63,774 bases of DNA, filler included, from Octopus bimaculoides (GCF_001194135.2; 8 parts of 8 records of this genome joined end to end with filler, not necessarily neighbours in it), one strand, 5' to 3'; counted from the first letter of the whole stretch, positions 1 through 14,362 are shown. The notes: generated from the letters alone by a model not told the origin. Numbers and translations: made by a program.

Positions 1-96
1 ATATATATATATATATATATAAATATATATATGAGTATATGCATATATATATGTACATGTATGTATATACCTTCATCCACTATGAGTGTGTGTGTG

Positions 97-129
<33 letters not shown>

Positions 130-448
130 ATACATATATAAATGCAGACACATATATAACGATAGGTAGATAGATACACACAGATGCACGATCACAGACT
201 CAGTGCAAACACACATATATACATATTTTTGCATATACGTGTATTTATACGTTCACCCACATAACACTAACTCTAAACTCGTAAACCAGTACTACTCACA
301 GACACACATTTTATAACACCATAAGAACTAACGAAACAACTTCACTCTAGAACGGTGTTAAATTATATTTTAGCAGACTAGAATATTTAACTTTGCAAAG
401 AACAATACGATTTACAGTGAAGATTCATAGATATAGATACATACGCAC

Positions 449-484
<36 letters not shown>

Positions 485-1249
485 ATATATATATATATAT
501 ATATATANNNNNNNNNNNNNNNNNNNNNNNNNNNNNNNNNNNNNNNNNNNNNNNNNNNNNNNNNNNNNNNNNNNNNNNNNNNNNNNNNNNNNNNNNNNNN
601 NNNNNNNNNNNNNNNNNNNNNNNNNNNNNNNNNNNNNNNNNNNNNNNNNNNNNNNNNNNNNNNNNNNNNNNNNNNNNNNNNNNNNNNNNNNNNNNNNNNN
701 NNNNNNNNNNNNNNNNNNNNNNNNNNNNNNNNNNNNNNNNNNNNNNNNNNNNNNNNNNNNNNNNNNNNNNNNNNNNNNNNNNNNNNNNNNNNNNNNNNNN
801 NNNNNNNNNNNNNNNNNNNNNNNNNNNNNNNNNNNNNNNNNNNNNNNNNNNNNNNNNNNNNNNNNNNNNNNNNNNNNNNNNNNNNNNNNNNNNNNNNNNN
901 NNNNNNNNNNNNNNNNNNNNNNNNNNNNNNNNNNNNNNNNNNNNNNNNNNNNNNNNNNNNNNNNNNNNNNNNNNNNNNNNNNNNNNNNNNNNNNNNNNNN
1001 NNNNNNNNNNNNNNNNNNNNNNNNNNNNNNNNNNNNNNNNNNNNNNNNNNNNNNNNNNNNNNNNNNNNNNNNNNNNNNNNNNNNNNNNNNNNNNNNNNNN
1101 NNNNNNNNNNNNNNNNNNNNNNNNNNNNNNNNNNNNNNNNNNNNNNNNNNNNNNNNNNNNNNNNNNNNNNNNNNNNNNNNNNNNNNNNNNNNNNNNNNNN
1201 NNNNNNNNNNNNNNNNNNNNNNNNNNNNNNNNNNNNNNNNNNNNNNNNA

Positions 1250-1828
1250 TGAACTGAACCACAAAACAATCACGTCGCACACATACTGAACAAAAGGCAT
1301 CGGTTTATTAACAGACTGCCATAGCATTGACAGAGGCGAGCTAATTAAGGAACTGTTCTTCACTAATGATAAAGTGTCATTTCCTGAAACATGCTTGACG
1401 TCACATGGTGTCACGTGATGAGGGAGTGTTTTGGTTCCAATGAGATGAACTCAATATCTCGTGTGACCACCATGTGCGTTCATTACCGTGAGGCATCTTC
1501 TGTACATTGAACTCACTAAACGATTGATGAAAGCCACGGCGATAGAAGCCCACACTTTGTTAAAACTTGCAGTGAGTTGTGTCACGGTTGTTGGCCTTAG
1601 ACTGATGTCTTTTAGCCTTCTTTGGATTTCGTTCTATGGGGCTCAAGCCATGGCAGTGTCTGGATGTTCTGTTGTTGGAGGAAGTCTATTGTCAACCTGG
1701 CAGTATGGGCACAGGTTTTGAAACACGTGAAACGGATGACGGGCAGATTATGACACGATGTGAGGCCTGAACACTTGGTCGATATAGCGAGCAGTGGCTA
1801 CTCCATTGCCCCGGCCGTGGCCGCATTT
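1250..1828 (-). mobile_element. Tc1-family transposase C-terminal relic plus 3' non-coding region
   Basis: Minus strand 1828-1451 translates, with frameshifts and a stop, to ATARYIDQVFRPHIVS / AHTARLTIDFLQQQNIQTLPW / RPTTVTQLTASFNKVWASIAVAFINRLVSSMYRRCLTVMNAHGGHTRY*. This is the typical Tc1 C-terminus (...SM.RRC..V..A.GGHTRY). Confidence 0.85.
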
Positions 1829-2250
1829 TGTGTGTGTATGTGTGTGTATGTGTGTGTATGTGTGTGTATGCATGTGCTGGAACTTATGTGTGTGTATAAC
1901 ATGTACAGAAAGTGTTAGGAGTTTTCGACATTCTGCATGAAGATCTTTTCACATCTGACCTACAATCAAAAATAGATATCAAGCATACACCCAGAATTCG
2001 GCGTACCCTTTATTGTAGGGTTCAAAGATGCGGGTAGATCTGATGGAAACGTAAAATGAATTACTACCTGAATATCAATGGCCAGGTTAGATATTTTCAA
2101 TACTATTTTCCTCACTTACATCGAAAATATATTCTGTTTCGTAATATGGAATATTCTGCTACTTGTTAAATTTATAATGCAAGTTATACATAAAAAGAAA
2201 TTAAAATGCGCTATATGGAGTTTTGATATTTGTTAACATTATAAAGCAAG

Positions 2251-2307
<57 letters not shown>

Positions 2308-3240
2308 NNNNNNNNNNNNNNNNNNNNNNNNNNNNNNNNNNNNNNNNNNNNNNNNNNNNNNNNNNNNNNNNNNNNNNNNNNNNNNNNNNNNNNNNNNNNN
2401 NNNNNNNNNNNNNNNNNNNNNNNNNNNNNNNNNNNNNNNNNNNNNNNNNNNNNNNNNNNNNNNNNNNNNNNNNNNNNNNNNNNNNNNNNNNNNNNNNNNN
2501 NNNNNNNNNNNNNNNNNNNNNNNNNNNNNNNNNNNNNNNNNNNNNNNNNNNNNNNNNNNNNNNNNNNNNNNNNNNNNNNNNNNNNNNNNNNNNNNNNNNN
2601 NNNNNNNNNNNNNNNNNNNNNNNNNNNNNNNNNNNNNNNNNNNNNNNNNNNNNNNNNNNNNNNNNNNNNNNNNNNNNNNNNNNNNNNNNNNNNNNNNNNN
2701 NNNNNNNNNNNNNNNNNNNNNNNNNNNNNNNNNNNNNNNNNNNNNNNNNNNNNNNNNNNNNNNNNNNNNNNNNNNNNNNNNNNNNNNNNNNNNNNNNNNN
2801 NNNNNNNNNNNNNNNNNNNNNNNNNNNNNNNNNNNNNNNNNNNNNNNNNNNNNNNNNNNNNNNNNNNNNNNNNNNNNNNNNNNNNNNNNNNNNNNNNNNN
2901 NNNNNNNNNNNNNNNNNNNNNNNNNNNNNNNNNNNNNNNNNNNNNNNNNNNNNNNNNNNNNNNNNNNNNNNNNNNNNNNNNNNNNNNNNNNNNNNNNNNN
3001 NNNNNNNNNNNNNNNNNNNNNNNNNNNNNNNNNNNNNNNNNNNNNNNNNNNNNNNNNNNNNNNNNNNNNNNNNNNNNNNNNNNNNNNNNNNNNNNNNNNN
3101 NNNNNNNNNNNNGATAGATAGATAGATAGATGGATAGATAGATAGATATAAATATTTAGATATGTATATCATATATATAGTATATATATTTAAATAACCA
3201 TGAATGAATGTGTCTATATATAAATACACACACACACACA

Positions 3241-3305
<65 letters not shown>

Positions 3306-4904
3306 CTGTGCATACATGCATATATGCGTACATTGATATATGTCAATAAACATAATATAATATATATTTATTTACTTATCACTCCATGGGCGTGATTAAA
3401 CTTTGTAATATGCAAACATGTATATAAATTTATATATGCGAATCATATACATGTGAGATTACGTGGATGTGTGTGTGTTTGTGCATCTGTGTGAGTGTGT
3501 GTCTGTGCATTTGTGTGAGTGTGTATGTGTGTGTGAGTGAGTGTGCATGCGCATTTTATAAGTGTTTCTGCATATATACTCATAAACAAATTCATTCTCG
3601 TGACAATTAAACGGAAATTTAAATGTATATGCCGATAAAAGTGGGTATATATATAATTGAATCAAAACAGAGATAAACTTATGTCATACGTGAGACGGAA
3701 TTTATGTCTACATATATAAAGACATGTATACGCAAACAGGAATATACATGTTACAAAGACACACACATGAAACAAAAAACACACTTATACACACATATAA
3801 ACATATACGAAGATACGTCGTTATAAATGAGTCTGTGTATGTATTCAAAGAAATTTTTGTATGCAGAAATGTGTGAGAAGGATGCCGTGACGATAGTTAC
3901 ACATAATATACATACATATGTATATATATATATATATATGCATTATATACATACCTATATATATATATGTGTGTGTGTTGCTGTGAGTGTGTATGTATGT
4001 ATACATTGGTATGTCGATATGTATATATATATGTATATATAGTTACATGCGTACATATATGTAAATATGCATACATGTCTACATATACACATACATATAT
4101 AATGAAAGTTTATACTGATATACCGATATGTATGTAGAGTAATAATTATATTTTTTTTCATTCGAGATAAATGTATCAATTTTCTTTTCAAATTAATATT
4201 TTTATTGCATAATTCCAGACAGTGTATGAAATGACTGCATTTTATTTTAGAAGCCATTACATTAACAAACAAACGGAGAAGAATGAAAAGAATAGCCGCC
4301 ATTTTAATCTTTGTCATAATTCATTATTTTTTATATATATTTTGCGTTTTGTTTGTTTTGTAAATAAAGAAAAAACTTTTTTGTTTAGTCAGAACGGTAG
4401 TTTAACCTTCCTGTATAGTTACGATCAAAATAGACGTTCGATTTGCAGAAGCTTTAGAATGATCTAGAAAAAATGATTAAGTGTCTTGCTGTGATTGAGT
4501 GGGAATGACTGTCTCTCACTCTCTCACTTCCTCACACTCTGTCTTTCAACTAGCTCCTTTCTCTTTCCTCTCCCATTCACTCCTATTAACGACTCTCTCT
4601 CGCATTCTCTGTATTTTTTTTTTTTACATTTTACCTGTTCCAACCATTGCACTGTGGCCATACTGGGGCACTGCCTTAAAATATTTTAGTCAAAAAACTC
4701 GCACCAAAAAAGTCGTACATATATGTATTATTTGCCTTCACACAACTTCCGTTCGCCAAATCTACTCGCAAGTCACTTTCTGGTCCAGTGCTGTAGTAGA
4801 AGACACGTGACCAAGACGCTTCGCAATTAGAAAGAATCCGAAAACTAGTGCCTTGAAAGCCCGGCAGCGGCTGAGCTCCCAGTAGTAAAGATAGAAGAAA
4901 TACC

Positions 4905-5137
4905 TATTTCTTTACTACCCACAAGGGGCTACACACAGAGGGGACAAACAAGGACAGACAAACGGATTAAGTCGATTATATCGACCCCAGTGCGTAACTG
5001 GTACTTAATTTATCGACCCCGAAAGGATGAAAGACAAAGTCGACCTCGGCGGAATTTGAACTCAGAACGCAGTGGCAGACGAAATACCGCTAAGCATTTC
5101 GCCCGGCGTGCTAACGTTTCTGCCAGCTCGCCGCCTT
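4905..5137 (-). mobile_element. Near full-length tRNA-derived CORE-type SINE (octopus OR-like family) with 13-bp TSD
   Basis: Head aaggcggcgagctggcagaaacgttagc...gagttcaaattcc; CORE-like tcatcctttcggggtcgataaattaagtacc; direct repeat tagaagaaatacc at 4892-4904 and 5138-5150. Confidence 0.9.
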
Positions 5138-5349
5138 TAGAAGAAATACCGTTGAGCATTTTGCCAGACAGGATAACGAACCCGCCAGCTTCTCGGGCTA
5201 GTGGTTTATTGGTGCTTTATTATATCAGCCTTCAGAAGGATGACAGGCACGGTGGATCACGGCCTAATTTGAACTTTTAGGAGAAAGAACCAGGTGAAAC
5301 ATCGCTAATTTTGCGCCACCTCTCCTTTATATATATATATATCCATATA

Positions 5350-5700
5350 CAGGATGGGGTGAATATATTACGCAAAAATGAAAATAACTCTGACATCACA
5401 TTTTAACAGATATATTTATCAAAATTTTATAAAGATATCTTGAAATACAAAAGAGTAAATTTACACGTTAAAATCGCTATTGCCTTCAATCAGTGTCTCC
5501 AGATGACTTTAGAACTCCTGCAGTTGTTTTGGATGGTCTCCTTGATTAATTTGGCGAATGTTGCCATAATTCTTGCCTTCAGTTCATCTTTGGTGCTATA
5601 AGGAGTTTTGTTGGTCTGGCACTCAAAAAAGTGAGTGTAGTCTTTCCAAGATTTTGGCCGGAGTATATTTTCTGAAACACAGGTCAACGATCTGATTATA
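5350..5700 (-). mobile_element. Tc1/mariner transposase C-terminal relic with one terminus
   Basis: Minus frame DYTHFFECQTNKTPYSTKDELKARIMATFAKLIKETIQNNCR, then a frameshift to LETLIEGNSDFNV*. A TA dinucleotide abuts the putative TIR (ta|caggatggggtg) at 5348-5350. Confidence 0.75.
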
Positions 5701-5774
5701 TCCTACCTGATTTAATTCAGGACTGAGAGATTTAGAACTTCAGCCACTGTTTTTAACATGTATAGTAAAGAGGG

Positions 5775-6102
5775 TAAAAGAAACCCATTGGTCATGAATG
5801 ACCATGGGATTGCACCTAGAAAGTTACCCTCCGAGGCAAAAGTCCGAGCAAGGTTGCTCATGGAAGACCATGCATACCAGCGTCTCCTTTGAACTCCACT
5901 GATGCGATGCTACCCAAAGGAAAGGCTAAGGCTAATACAGCTTGGCACAAGTGACGTCACAAATCATTTCTACAGCTGAGAGAAATGGAGCAAAATGAAA
6001 TAAAGTCTCTTACTCAATAACACAACTCACTGCCCGGCCCGGGAATCGAACTCACTACTGCATGTTTGTGTACCCAACCCTTTAACCACTGAGCCATGTA
6101 CC
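5775..6102 (-). mobile_element. tRNA-derived SINE (second family, diverged)
   Basis: Minus-strand head tggctcagtggttaaagg...gagttcgattcccgg (A/B boxes), followed by a ctcagctgtagaaatg central motif. Confidence 0.7.
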
Positions 6103-6203
6103 TATAAATTCAGAAATTTGCATGTAAAAATGTGTTATTTGTCACTCTCCTTCTCTCACTTTCTTTCTTTCTCTCTCTGTCTCCCTGTCTTTCTATCTCT
6201 TTG

Positions 6204-6238
<35 letters not shown>

Positions 6239-6528
6239 ATATATATATACATATATACATACGCACACCCCCATTTATAAATACATATATACGCGTGAGT
6301 GCGCGCGGTCGCATATGTTTGTGTGTAATGGAGGAAAGTCGACCAGACTTATAGATTACTATGTTTTATTATCGGTTCACAGGATGAAACGTTCTCTATT
6401 TAAATTTCTCTCCGTCTAGTTGCTGGAATTGGTAAATTGATAACGGCAGAAAATACCTTGATGTACAACAGTCACGGACACCATGTCATTGATATATTGG
6501 ATTCTATATGATCATGTGGATGTGTATA

Positions 6529-6587
<59 letters not shown>

Positions 6588-8549
6588 TCATATATATGCC
6601 CTCTATTGACAAGGAGACAACAGAATGTGCATCAATGCAAGTAAATCAAAATGTTCTATAGAAAATCCAACAGTGTTTCTGATGGAAAATACTTGTTTCG
6701 TTCTAAGAATGCGGTGACGTCAGCATTAAACAAAACGGAAAACAGAAAAACAAAATATGCTGAACATGTTGGGAAATGATTACGTGCTTATCACATTTAA
6801 TTTTGATAGTTTTGTAAATGATCAAGGTTTCCTTAACGAAACTGCGTAATCTCTCATCGAAGTGATTGAATAAACATCAAGGCCTTTTCGTTTCGAAACA
6901 ATTGCAAAACCATACAGTTCTTTATTCAATATATTTCTACAACTCTGCCTGAAAACCATTCGATGTTCTTCTGCTTCAAATACTGTCACATGACTACTAA
7001 GCTACTAATGTACTTCATACTTAGATGCTAATTTAATCGCTAAAATAAAAAGTTATTCATTGAAGAGAAAGTATAACTATGGTTATCAGTACAATCAGAG
7101 CTAAGCACAAGTAGATTCTCCTTCTTAGGTTAGCATCAGTCGCTTCTTCGAAACCAACGTAAAATTTTATTATCAAAAGTGAATACATATGATTTATTCA
7201 TCTGAATCAAAGAATTACTCCAAGCAGGGCAATGAAGCGGAAATTATTTATTTGAAAGCTTGTTATTTTGATCTGTGAGAAATGCTGTTCGTTCTGAAGT
7301 AGCCATTTTGTTTTGTCTATCGCTGCCCGACGGCTTCTCTAGCTAGGCGTGAAACTGTTTCCACTAATATTAGACGAGTAACTATCAGTATTCGTTGACC
7401 CAACGAATTTTAATTATAGGGTCAATTATAGCTTTATAATTATATTTTTCGTTTCTATTCACTCCACAAGAATGATCTACCATAATGACTGAACTGCAAA
7501 GCAAAAGGCTTGGTAATTTTATAATTACAGTTTCAAGACATATTATAGCGGCGGGGACGGTGTATCGTATTCAAGGATTTAGTATGAATGTACGCAACCA
7601 GCATTGCTAAACAACGAAAGCATGGATTTCGGGCTCAATAGACACATTAATGACCAGCTAGTAGAAGGGTGAATGGCTCGCATCAATTTCTCGATATCCA
7701 CAATATCTTTATGGTTATACAACAGAGTTCTCCTAGGCCGGGTACCGAAATACACCGACGTGGCATTATTAAGTAACAGACTGACAGAAATAGGGGTAGC
7801 ATTCTAAATTCCATGAATGAATGTTGAGCACGCAGCATTGAACAAATAATTCAGTTGTTTATGACACCAAGCCAGGAGTTGCTTCTTATCAACCCACTGA
7901 CTGTATAGTGGTTCTTTAGAGTGTGACAATCATTATCTCACGATAAAACAATATACTGGTACGATTAACAAGGAATACCAGCCATGTTTCTCACATATCA
8001 CGAATTGTTATCTTCAAAAGAAAGACACATCGTATTTGGCCATTGTTCTCTATAAATTAAGTCACACCAACAGTATCTGAAACAGTAATAATAATACTCA
8101 GTAATGAAGAGAAACCAATTGCTACAGGAATGGTTGATCTTCCATATATTCTCTGGTAGCGTTGTTGCATTCATACCACATAATACGGGTCTATCATCAA
8201 GAAAAGATGCTACCCTTGAAAGGACCACGTTCTAATTTGGCTATTATTTTGCTGTAAGTAAAATAGAAAACAGCTCTGGAATTAAAAAATCACCTGATTG
8301 TTAATTAATCATTATGCTTCGACTGATGATGACAATTACAGCTGCTGTTTCTACTGCTATTCTCCTTAGTATTGTTATTTCGAGTGGGCACAGTTTTGTT
8401 ATTTCAGAGGAAGATTGCGGTGTTGAATGTCCAGTCATTCTGAATATAAGGACAAAGCCCCAGCTGACGAGTGGATGCAAATAGCAAACGTTTCTTTGGA
8501 GGATAATACGGGGATTTAAAAAAAGGGAGTGGGAAAAATTGCTCTATAG

Positions 8550-9043
8550 AGGCAGGAGCGGCTGTGTTGTAAGTAGCATACTTGCCAACTACTTGGTCCC
8601 TTGAGCAAGTGTCTGCTACTATATAGCCTTGTGAGTGGATTTGGTAGACGGAAACTAAAGGAAGCCCATCGTATGTATATATTTATATATATATATATAT
8701 ATATATATNNNNNNNNNNNNNNNNNNNNNNNNNNNNNNNNNNNNNNNNNNNNNNNNNNNNNNNNNNNNNNNNNNNNNNNNNNNNNNNNNNNNNNNNNNNN
8801 NNNNNNNNNNNNNNNNNNNNNNNNNNNTATATATGCTTGGGTGTTTTTGTTTGTCACCTCCAGCATCGCTTGAAAACCGATATTGGTGTGTTTACGTCCC
8901 CGTAACTTAGCGGTTCGGCAAAAGTAACCGATAGAATAAGTACTAGGCTAACAAAGAATAAGTCCTGGGATTGACTTGTTCAACTAAAGGCGATGCTCCA
9001 GCATGGCCGCAGTCAAATGACTGAAACAAATAAAAGAATAAAT
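8550..9043 (+). mobile_element. tRNA-derived SINE (third family, Meta/MESC-like core) with internal microsatellite and gap
   Basis: Shares ccttgtgagtggatttggtagacggaaact, gtccccgtaacttagcggttcggcaaaag and the tail gcagtcaaatgactgaaacaa with the copies at 22048, 38852 and 43123. The domain name is from recall. Confidence 0.9.
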
Positions 9044-10196
9044 GAAATATGAAATAAGATTAAGATGGTTTCAACTTTTAAATATATTTTCGGATTCAAT
9101 CCCACTGCGAAGTATATTTGGCCCCGGGACGAAAAATGCTATTTGCGAGCATACGGTAGACAAAGACTGCATTGATGTCTGTGATATGCGTGTGTGTGTG
9201 TGGTAGTATGTGCAAGCATGTATGCATATGTGTCTTTGTATTTTATCGTCAGCCGCTTGAAAACAAATGTCGGTTTGTTTCCGTCCCCGTCATCTACCAA
9301 TCCACCGAGACAATATCGCGATATACAATGAAAACTGTATGTGTCCTTGTAGAAGTGCACCAAATGAACTAAGAGCATCCCTACTCGTATACAAACACAT
9401 GTAACATCATATACACACGCGCAGATACACTCATACATACATGCATAGATACATACGTACATACATACATATGCACATGTGCGCACATACAATGGTACTC
9501 TTATACACACTAATACATACATGCAGCGCATGCGCAAAGCAACTTCATCTAGGAAGAGCATAGTACCCGACAAGAAACTGTGAACCATGAAATTCGATTC
9601 TAGCATAACAAATGTGTGCTTGTATGCTCATGTGTGTGTGTGTGTGTGTGATTACATGTGTGTGTGTGTATGCGAGTACATGTGTGTGAATGTGTGTGTT
9701 TATGTGTGCGTGTTTGCGTATTGCGATAAATAAATCGTAAATATACTCCGACAAAGAAAATATATTTTTCGATAAATGAAAATATATAATTCGGAAAGAA
9801 TATCATATCAGAAAATAATAATGAAACGTGAAATGTATGAAGAAATAAATGATATATGACAAATATACAATAAGATTTAATGGTATAAATATATATATAT
9901 ACACACATGTAGATATATACATGTATACATATATACAATTATATACGTACATGTATATAATATATATGTATATATATATNNNNNNNNNNNNNNNNNNNNN
10001 NNNNNNNNNNNNNNNNNNNNNNNNNNNNNNNNNNNNNNNNNNNNNNNNNNNNNNNNNNNNNNNNNNNNNNNNNNNNNNNNNNNNNNNNNNNNNNNNNNNN
10101 NNNNNNNNNNNNNNNNNNNNNNNNNNNNNNNNNNNNNNNNNNNNNNNNNNNNNNNNNNNNNNNNNNNNNNNNNNNNNNNNNNNNNNNNNNNNNNTA

Positions 10197-10227
<31 letters not shown>

Positions 10228-10263
10228 ATATATATATATAGGTACATACATATATAAATTATG

Positions 10264-10301
<38 letters not shown>

Positions 10302-11236
10302 GCGGATGTGTAGAAAAATCAAACACTACATCGACCAACCATTCTAAGTTTTCAACAATTGAGAATACTGGATATATAAATATTGCTGCGGTGATGGATG
10401 GCGGGTATAAGGGAGACAAACATATATATACAACAAGCGACGCAAATAGAGATATGCTGCACGGATACACACAAACAGAGATACACGCTTGCAATCACTC
10501 ATACACACAGATATACACATATACAAAACATGTATGCATATATAAACTTATATGTGTGTGTGTGTGTATGTGTGTTTGTGTGTAAAAACATATTAGTAAA
10601 TGCAGAAATACTTATAAATGTATATACATATGTGCATGTGGTGTATATAAAAGTATTTAACGTATATTCGTATATACAAAGTCATATAAAAACATGTGTC
10701 TGTGTGTCTCTGAACATAGTTGTACGTATATACGTAATACCATATATACGTACAACTATCCAAACACGCACTCATATATACACACATACATGCAGACATA
10801 CGTGTGATTTTAATGGGAAAATGCGTGATTTCGACGTGACTGACAGTGTGTGTGTGTGATCAAGTACGTAGGAATATTATACCTATAGGCGTGAGTATAA
10901 GTATGTATGTATGTATGTATGTATGTATGTATGTATGTATCCATATATGCTTATATAGGCACACCCACACAACAACCCTTGCACAGAACAGTCATACAAA
11001 CGCTCATACATCTGGACAAAACATAGGAGAAGGCAAGATTATTGAATCAGCAACCATTGTCAGTCCATTTTGTTTTTTGTCTTCTTAGTGTTGCTGCTGC
11101 TGCTGTTGTTGTTGTTGTTGTTATTGTTGTTTATATAAAACGTACAATATTGTTAATGGACTTACACAATGCCAAAAGGCAGGATACAGCAAAGTGCAAC
11201 ATGTGTACTTAGAGGTGTCAAACGATATACTTACGT

Positions 11237-11294
<58 letters not shown>

Positions 11295-11959
11295 TTATAT
11301 ATATATATATACATACATATGTGTGTATATGCATATGTATATACTTACATGCATGCATATATATATATATATACACGCACACACACACATATATANNNNN
11401 NNNNNNNNNNNNNNNNNNNNNNNNNNNNNNNNNNNNNNNNNNNNNNNNNNNNNNNNNNNNNNNNNNNNNNNNNNNNNNNNNNNNNNNNNNNNNNNNNNNN
11501 NNNNNNNNNNNNNNNNNNNNNNNNNNNNNNNNNNNNNNNNCTCAACGTTAACCTGATTCTTTTGAGATGGTTAATTTTTGTGAAGAATCGATATATGCGT
11601 GTTGGAAGTGTTTTATGGGTGTAGATGCGAGCTTGAATTGTGCAACGTGTGCGCTGTTTGTGAGTAGGTTTTGGTGCGTGTATTTGTATGTACACATGTA
11701 TATACTTATGTAATTTTGTGTATGCTTGTTTGTACGAGTGTGTTTGTTGTTTTTATGCGTGTGTAATAATATACGTATGTATAAACGTATATATTCCCAT
11801 ATATACCCACATATACACATACAGGTTGTGTATGCTTATACATTTGCACATAGACATATGTATATATATATACTTATTATAAGTGCATGTATACTTACAT
11901 ATATATGCATGTGTGTTTATGTGTATGTGTGTGTCAGTGAGTGTGTACGTGTGTGCATG

Positions 11960-12030
<71 letters not shown>

Positions 12031-12387
12031 TACGGCACTCCGTCGGTTACAACGACGAGGATTCCAGTTGATCCAGTCAGCGGAAGAGCCGGCTCGTGGA
12101 ATTAACGACACCTGTACCCTCAACGTAGTTCTCGGGGAGATTCAGCGTGACACAGAGTGTGACAAGGCCGGTACTTTGAAATACAGTTACAACAGAAACA
12201 GGAAGAAAGAGTGAGAGAAAGTTGTGGTGAAAGAGTACANNNNNNNNNNACCACCCCCTGCCGTAGCTTCGTGGAGCTTTAGGTGCTTCCACTCAATAAA
12301 CACTCAAAACGCGCGATCTGGGAATCGAAACCGCGTTCCTATGACCGCGACTCTGCTGCCCTAATCACTAGTCCATTGCGCCTCCAC
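12031..12387 (-). mobile_element. tRNA-derived SINE (fourth family)
   Basis: Minus head gtggaggcgcaatggactagtgattagggcagc...ggtttcgattccc. A short matching 3' fragment lies on the opposite strand at about 26415-26465. Confidence 0.75.
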
Positions 12388-13020
12388 ATTCATATATAAA
12401 TGCATACATACATACATACATAAATACATACATACTTAAATACATACATACATATTTATATACATACATATACATATATATACATTATATATATATATAT
12501 ATATATCTTAAAAGATAGAGCTCAAAATCGATGCATTGAAGATACTTTATTGTAGCAACAATTATAATAGCAGAAACAACCACAATAAGCCAAACCTATG
12601 CACATTTCAATAGGGTATCCANNNNNNNNNNNNNNNNNNNNNNNNNNNNNNNNNNNNNNNNNNNNNNNNNNNNNNNNNNNNNNNNNNNNNNNNNNNNNNN
12701 NNNNNNNNNNNNNNNNNNNNNNNNNNNNNNNNNNNNNNNNNNNNNNNNNNNNNNNNNNNNNNNNNNNNNNNNNNNNNNNNNNNNNNNNNNNNNNNNNNNN
12801 NNNNNNNNNNNNNNNNNNNNNNNNNNNNNNNNNNNNNNNNNNNNNNNNNNNNNNNNNNNNNNNNNNNNNNNNNNNNNNNNNNNNNNNNNNNNNNNNNNNN
12901 NNNNNNNNNNNNNNNNNNNNNNNNNNNNNNNNNNNNNNNNNNNNNNNNNNNNNNNNNNNNNNNNNNNNNNNNNNNNNNNNNNNNNNNNNNNNNNNNNNNN
13001 NNNNNNNNNNNNNNNNNNNN

Positions 13021-13099
<79 letters not shown>

Positions 13100-13495
13100 A
13101 ACATATATATATATGCTCCAAATGTAATTATGTTTTGATGACTAAATTTTTGTATATGTTATTTCAAAACGAATACACTTGTGGTTATATATTTTTCCAA
13201 ATCTATATTATTTTATACATATTAATACGGATATTAATAGGGAGCTTAGAAATGTAGAAAGAGCGGTAGGTTTACTCCATTTGCAGTTTTGCCTCTAATT
13301 TTCGGAAGGAAACCAAACAAAGACATTTCCTTGTTCGTGTTCTAAGTGAAAGTCATAAAGTATGGTGCTTTTTGGAAGAAAGGACGCGTAATCACAACTT
13401 CTAGTATTTATTAACCCAAGATCTATCAAAGAATCAAATATGTTCCACCATATGTGTGTGTGTGTGTGTGTATGTGTTTGTGTGTAATTATACAC

Positions 13496-13626
13496 AGATA
13501 AAGATAGATATGGCCGGGCCATGGGTTACTCTAGGTTTCACGACCCTAAAGCGCTATAAACTAAAACGGTTTATGGATTTGAAACCCAGGGTAACTCCCA
13601 CAGACCGGCCATATCTATCTTTATCT
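13496..13626. mobile_element. 131-bp foldback element / MITE
   Basis: Terminal agataaagatagatatggccgg is a perfect 22-bp inverted repeat. Imperfect pairing continues to about 45 bp (gggttactctaggtttca / tgaaacccagggtaactccc). Confidence 0.8.
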
Positions 13627-13704
13627 ATATACTCTACTGCTCTATAACTTACAGTTTGTTTCTCTTTCGGATGTATAATCATACTGAAGATTCATATATA
13701 CATA

Positions 13705-13885
13705 TATTTACGACGCTGTTGGGTGGTTTATGTTCAACCACCTTGACTGTCAGCAAAAGAGATCGATAGATTAAGTACAAGACTTTCAAATATTTAAACA
13801 CTGGGAGCGATGGGTCTGACAAAAAATCATTTCGAAACGCTGCCACTGCATGGCTGCAGTCCAATGACTGAACCAAGTGAGAGAA
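13705..13885 (+). mobile_element. Degenerate 3' half of third-family SINE
   Basis: cagcaaaagagatcgatagattaagtac...gcatggctgcagtccaatgactgaac matches the 3' half of the younger copies. Confidence 0.6.
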
Positions 13886-14296
13886 ATAGGATAAATGCTG
13901 TAAGCAAAACCTCATACAATACACATATTTAATACACACAAATGCACTCACACACACATAGCACACACACGTAACGCACAAATACACACATACAAGTACT
14001 CATGTTCATATACATACATACATACATACATATATATATATNNNNNNNNNNNNNNNNNNNNNNNNNNNNNNNNNNNNNNNNNNNNNNNNNNNNNNNNNNN
14101 NNNNNNNNNNNNNNNNNNNNNNNNNNNNNNNNNNNNNNNNNNNNNNNNNNNNNNNNNNNNNNNNNNNNNNNNNNNNNNNNNNNNNNNNNNNNNNNNNNNN
14201 NNNNNNNNNNNNNNNNNNNNNNNNNNNNNNNNNNNNNNNNNNNNNNNNNNNNNNNNNNNNNNNNNNNNNNNNNNNNNNNNNNNNNNNNNNNNNNNN

Positions 14297-14362
<66 letters not shown>

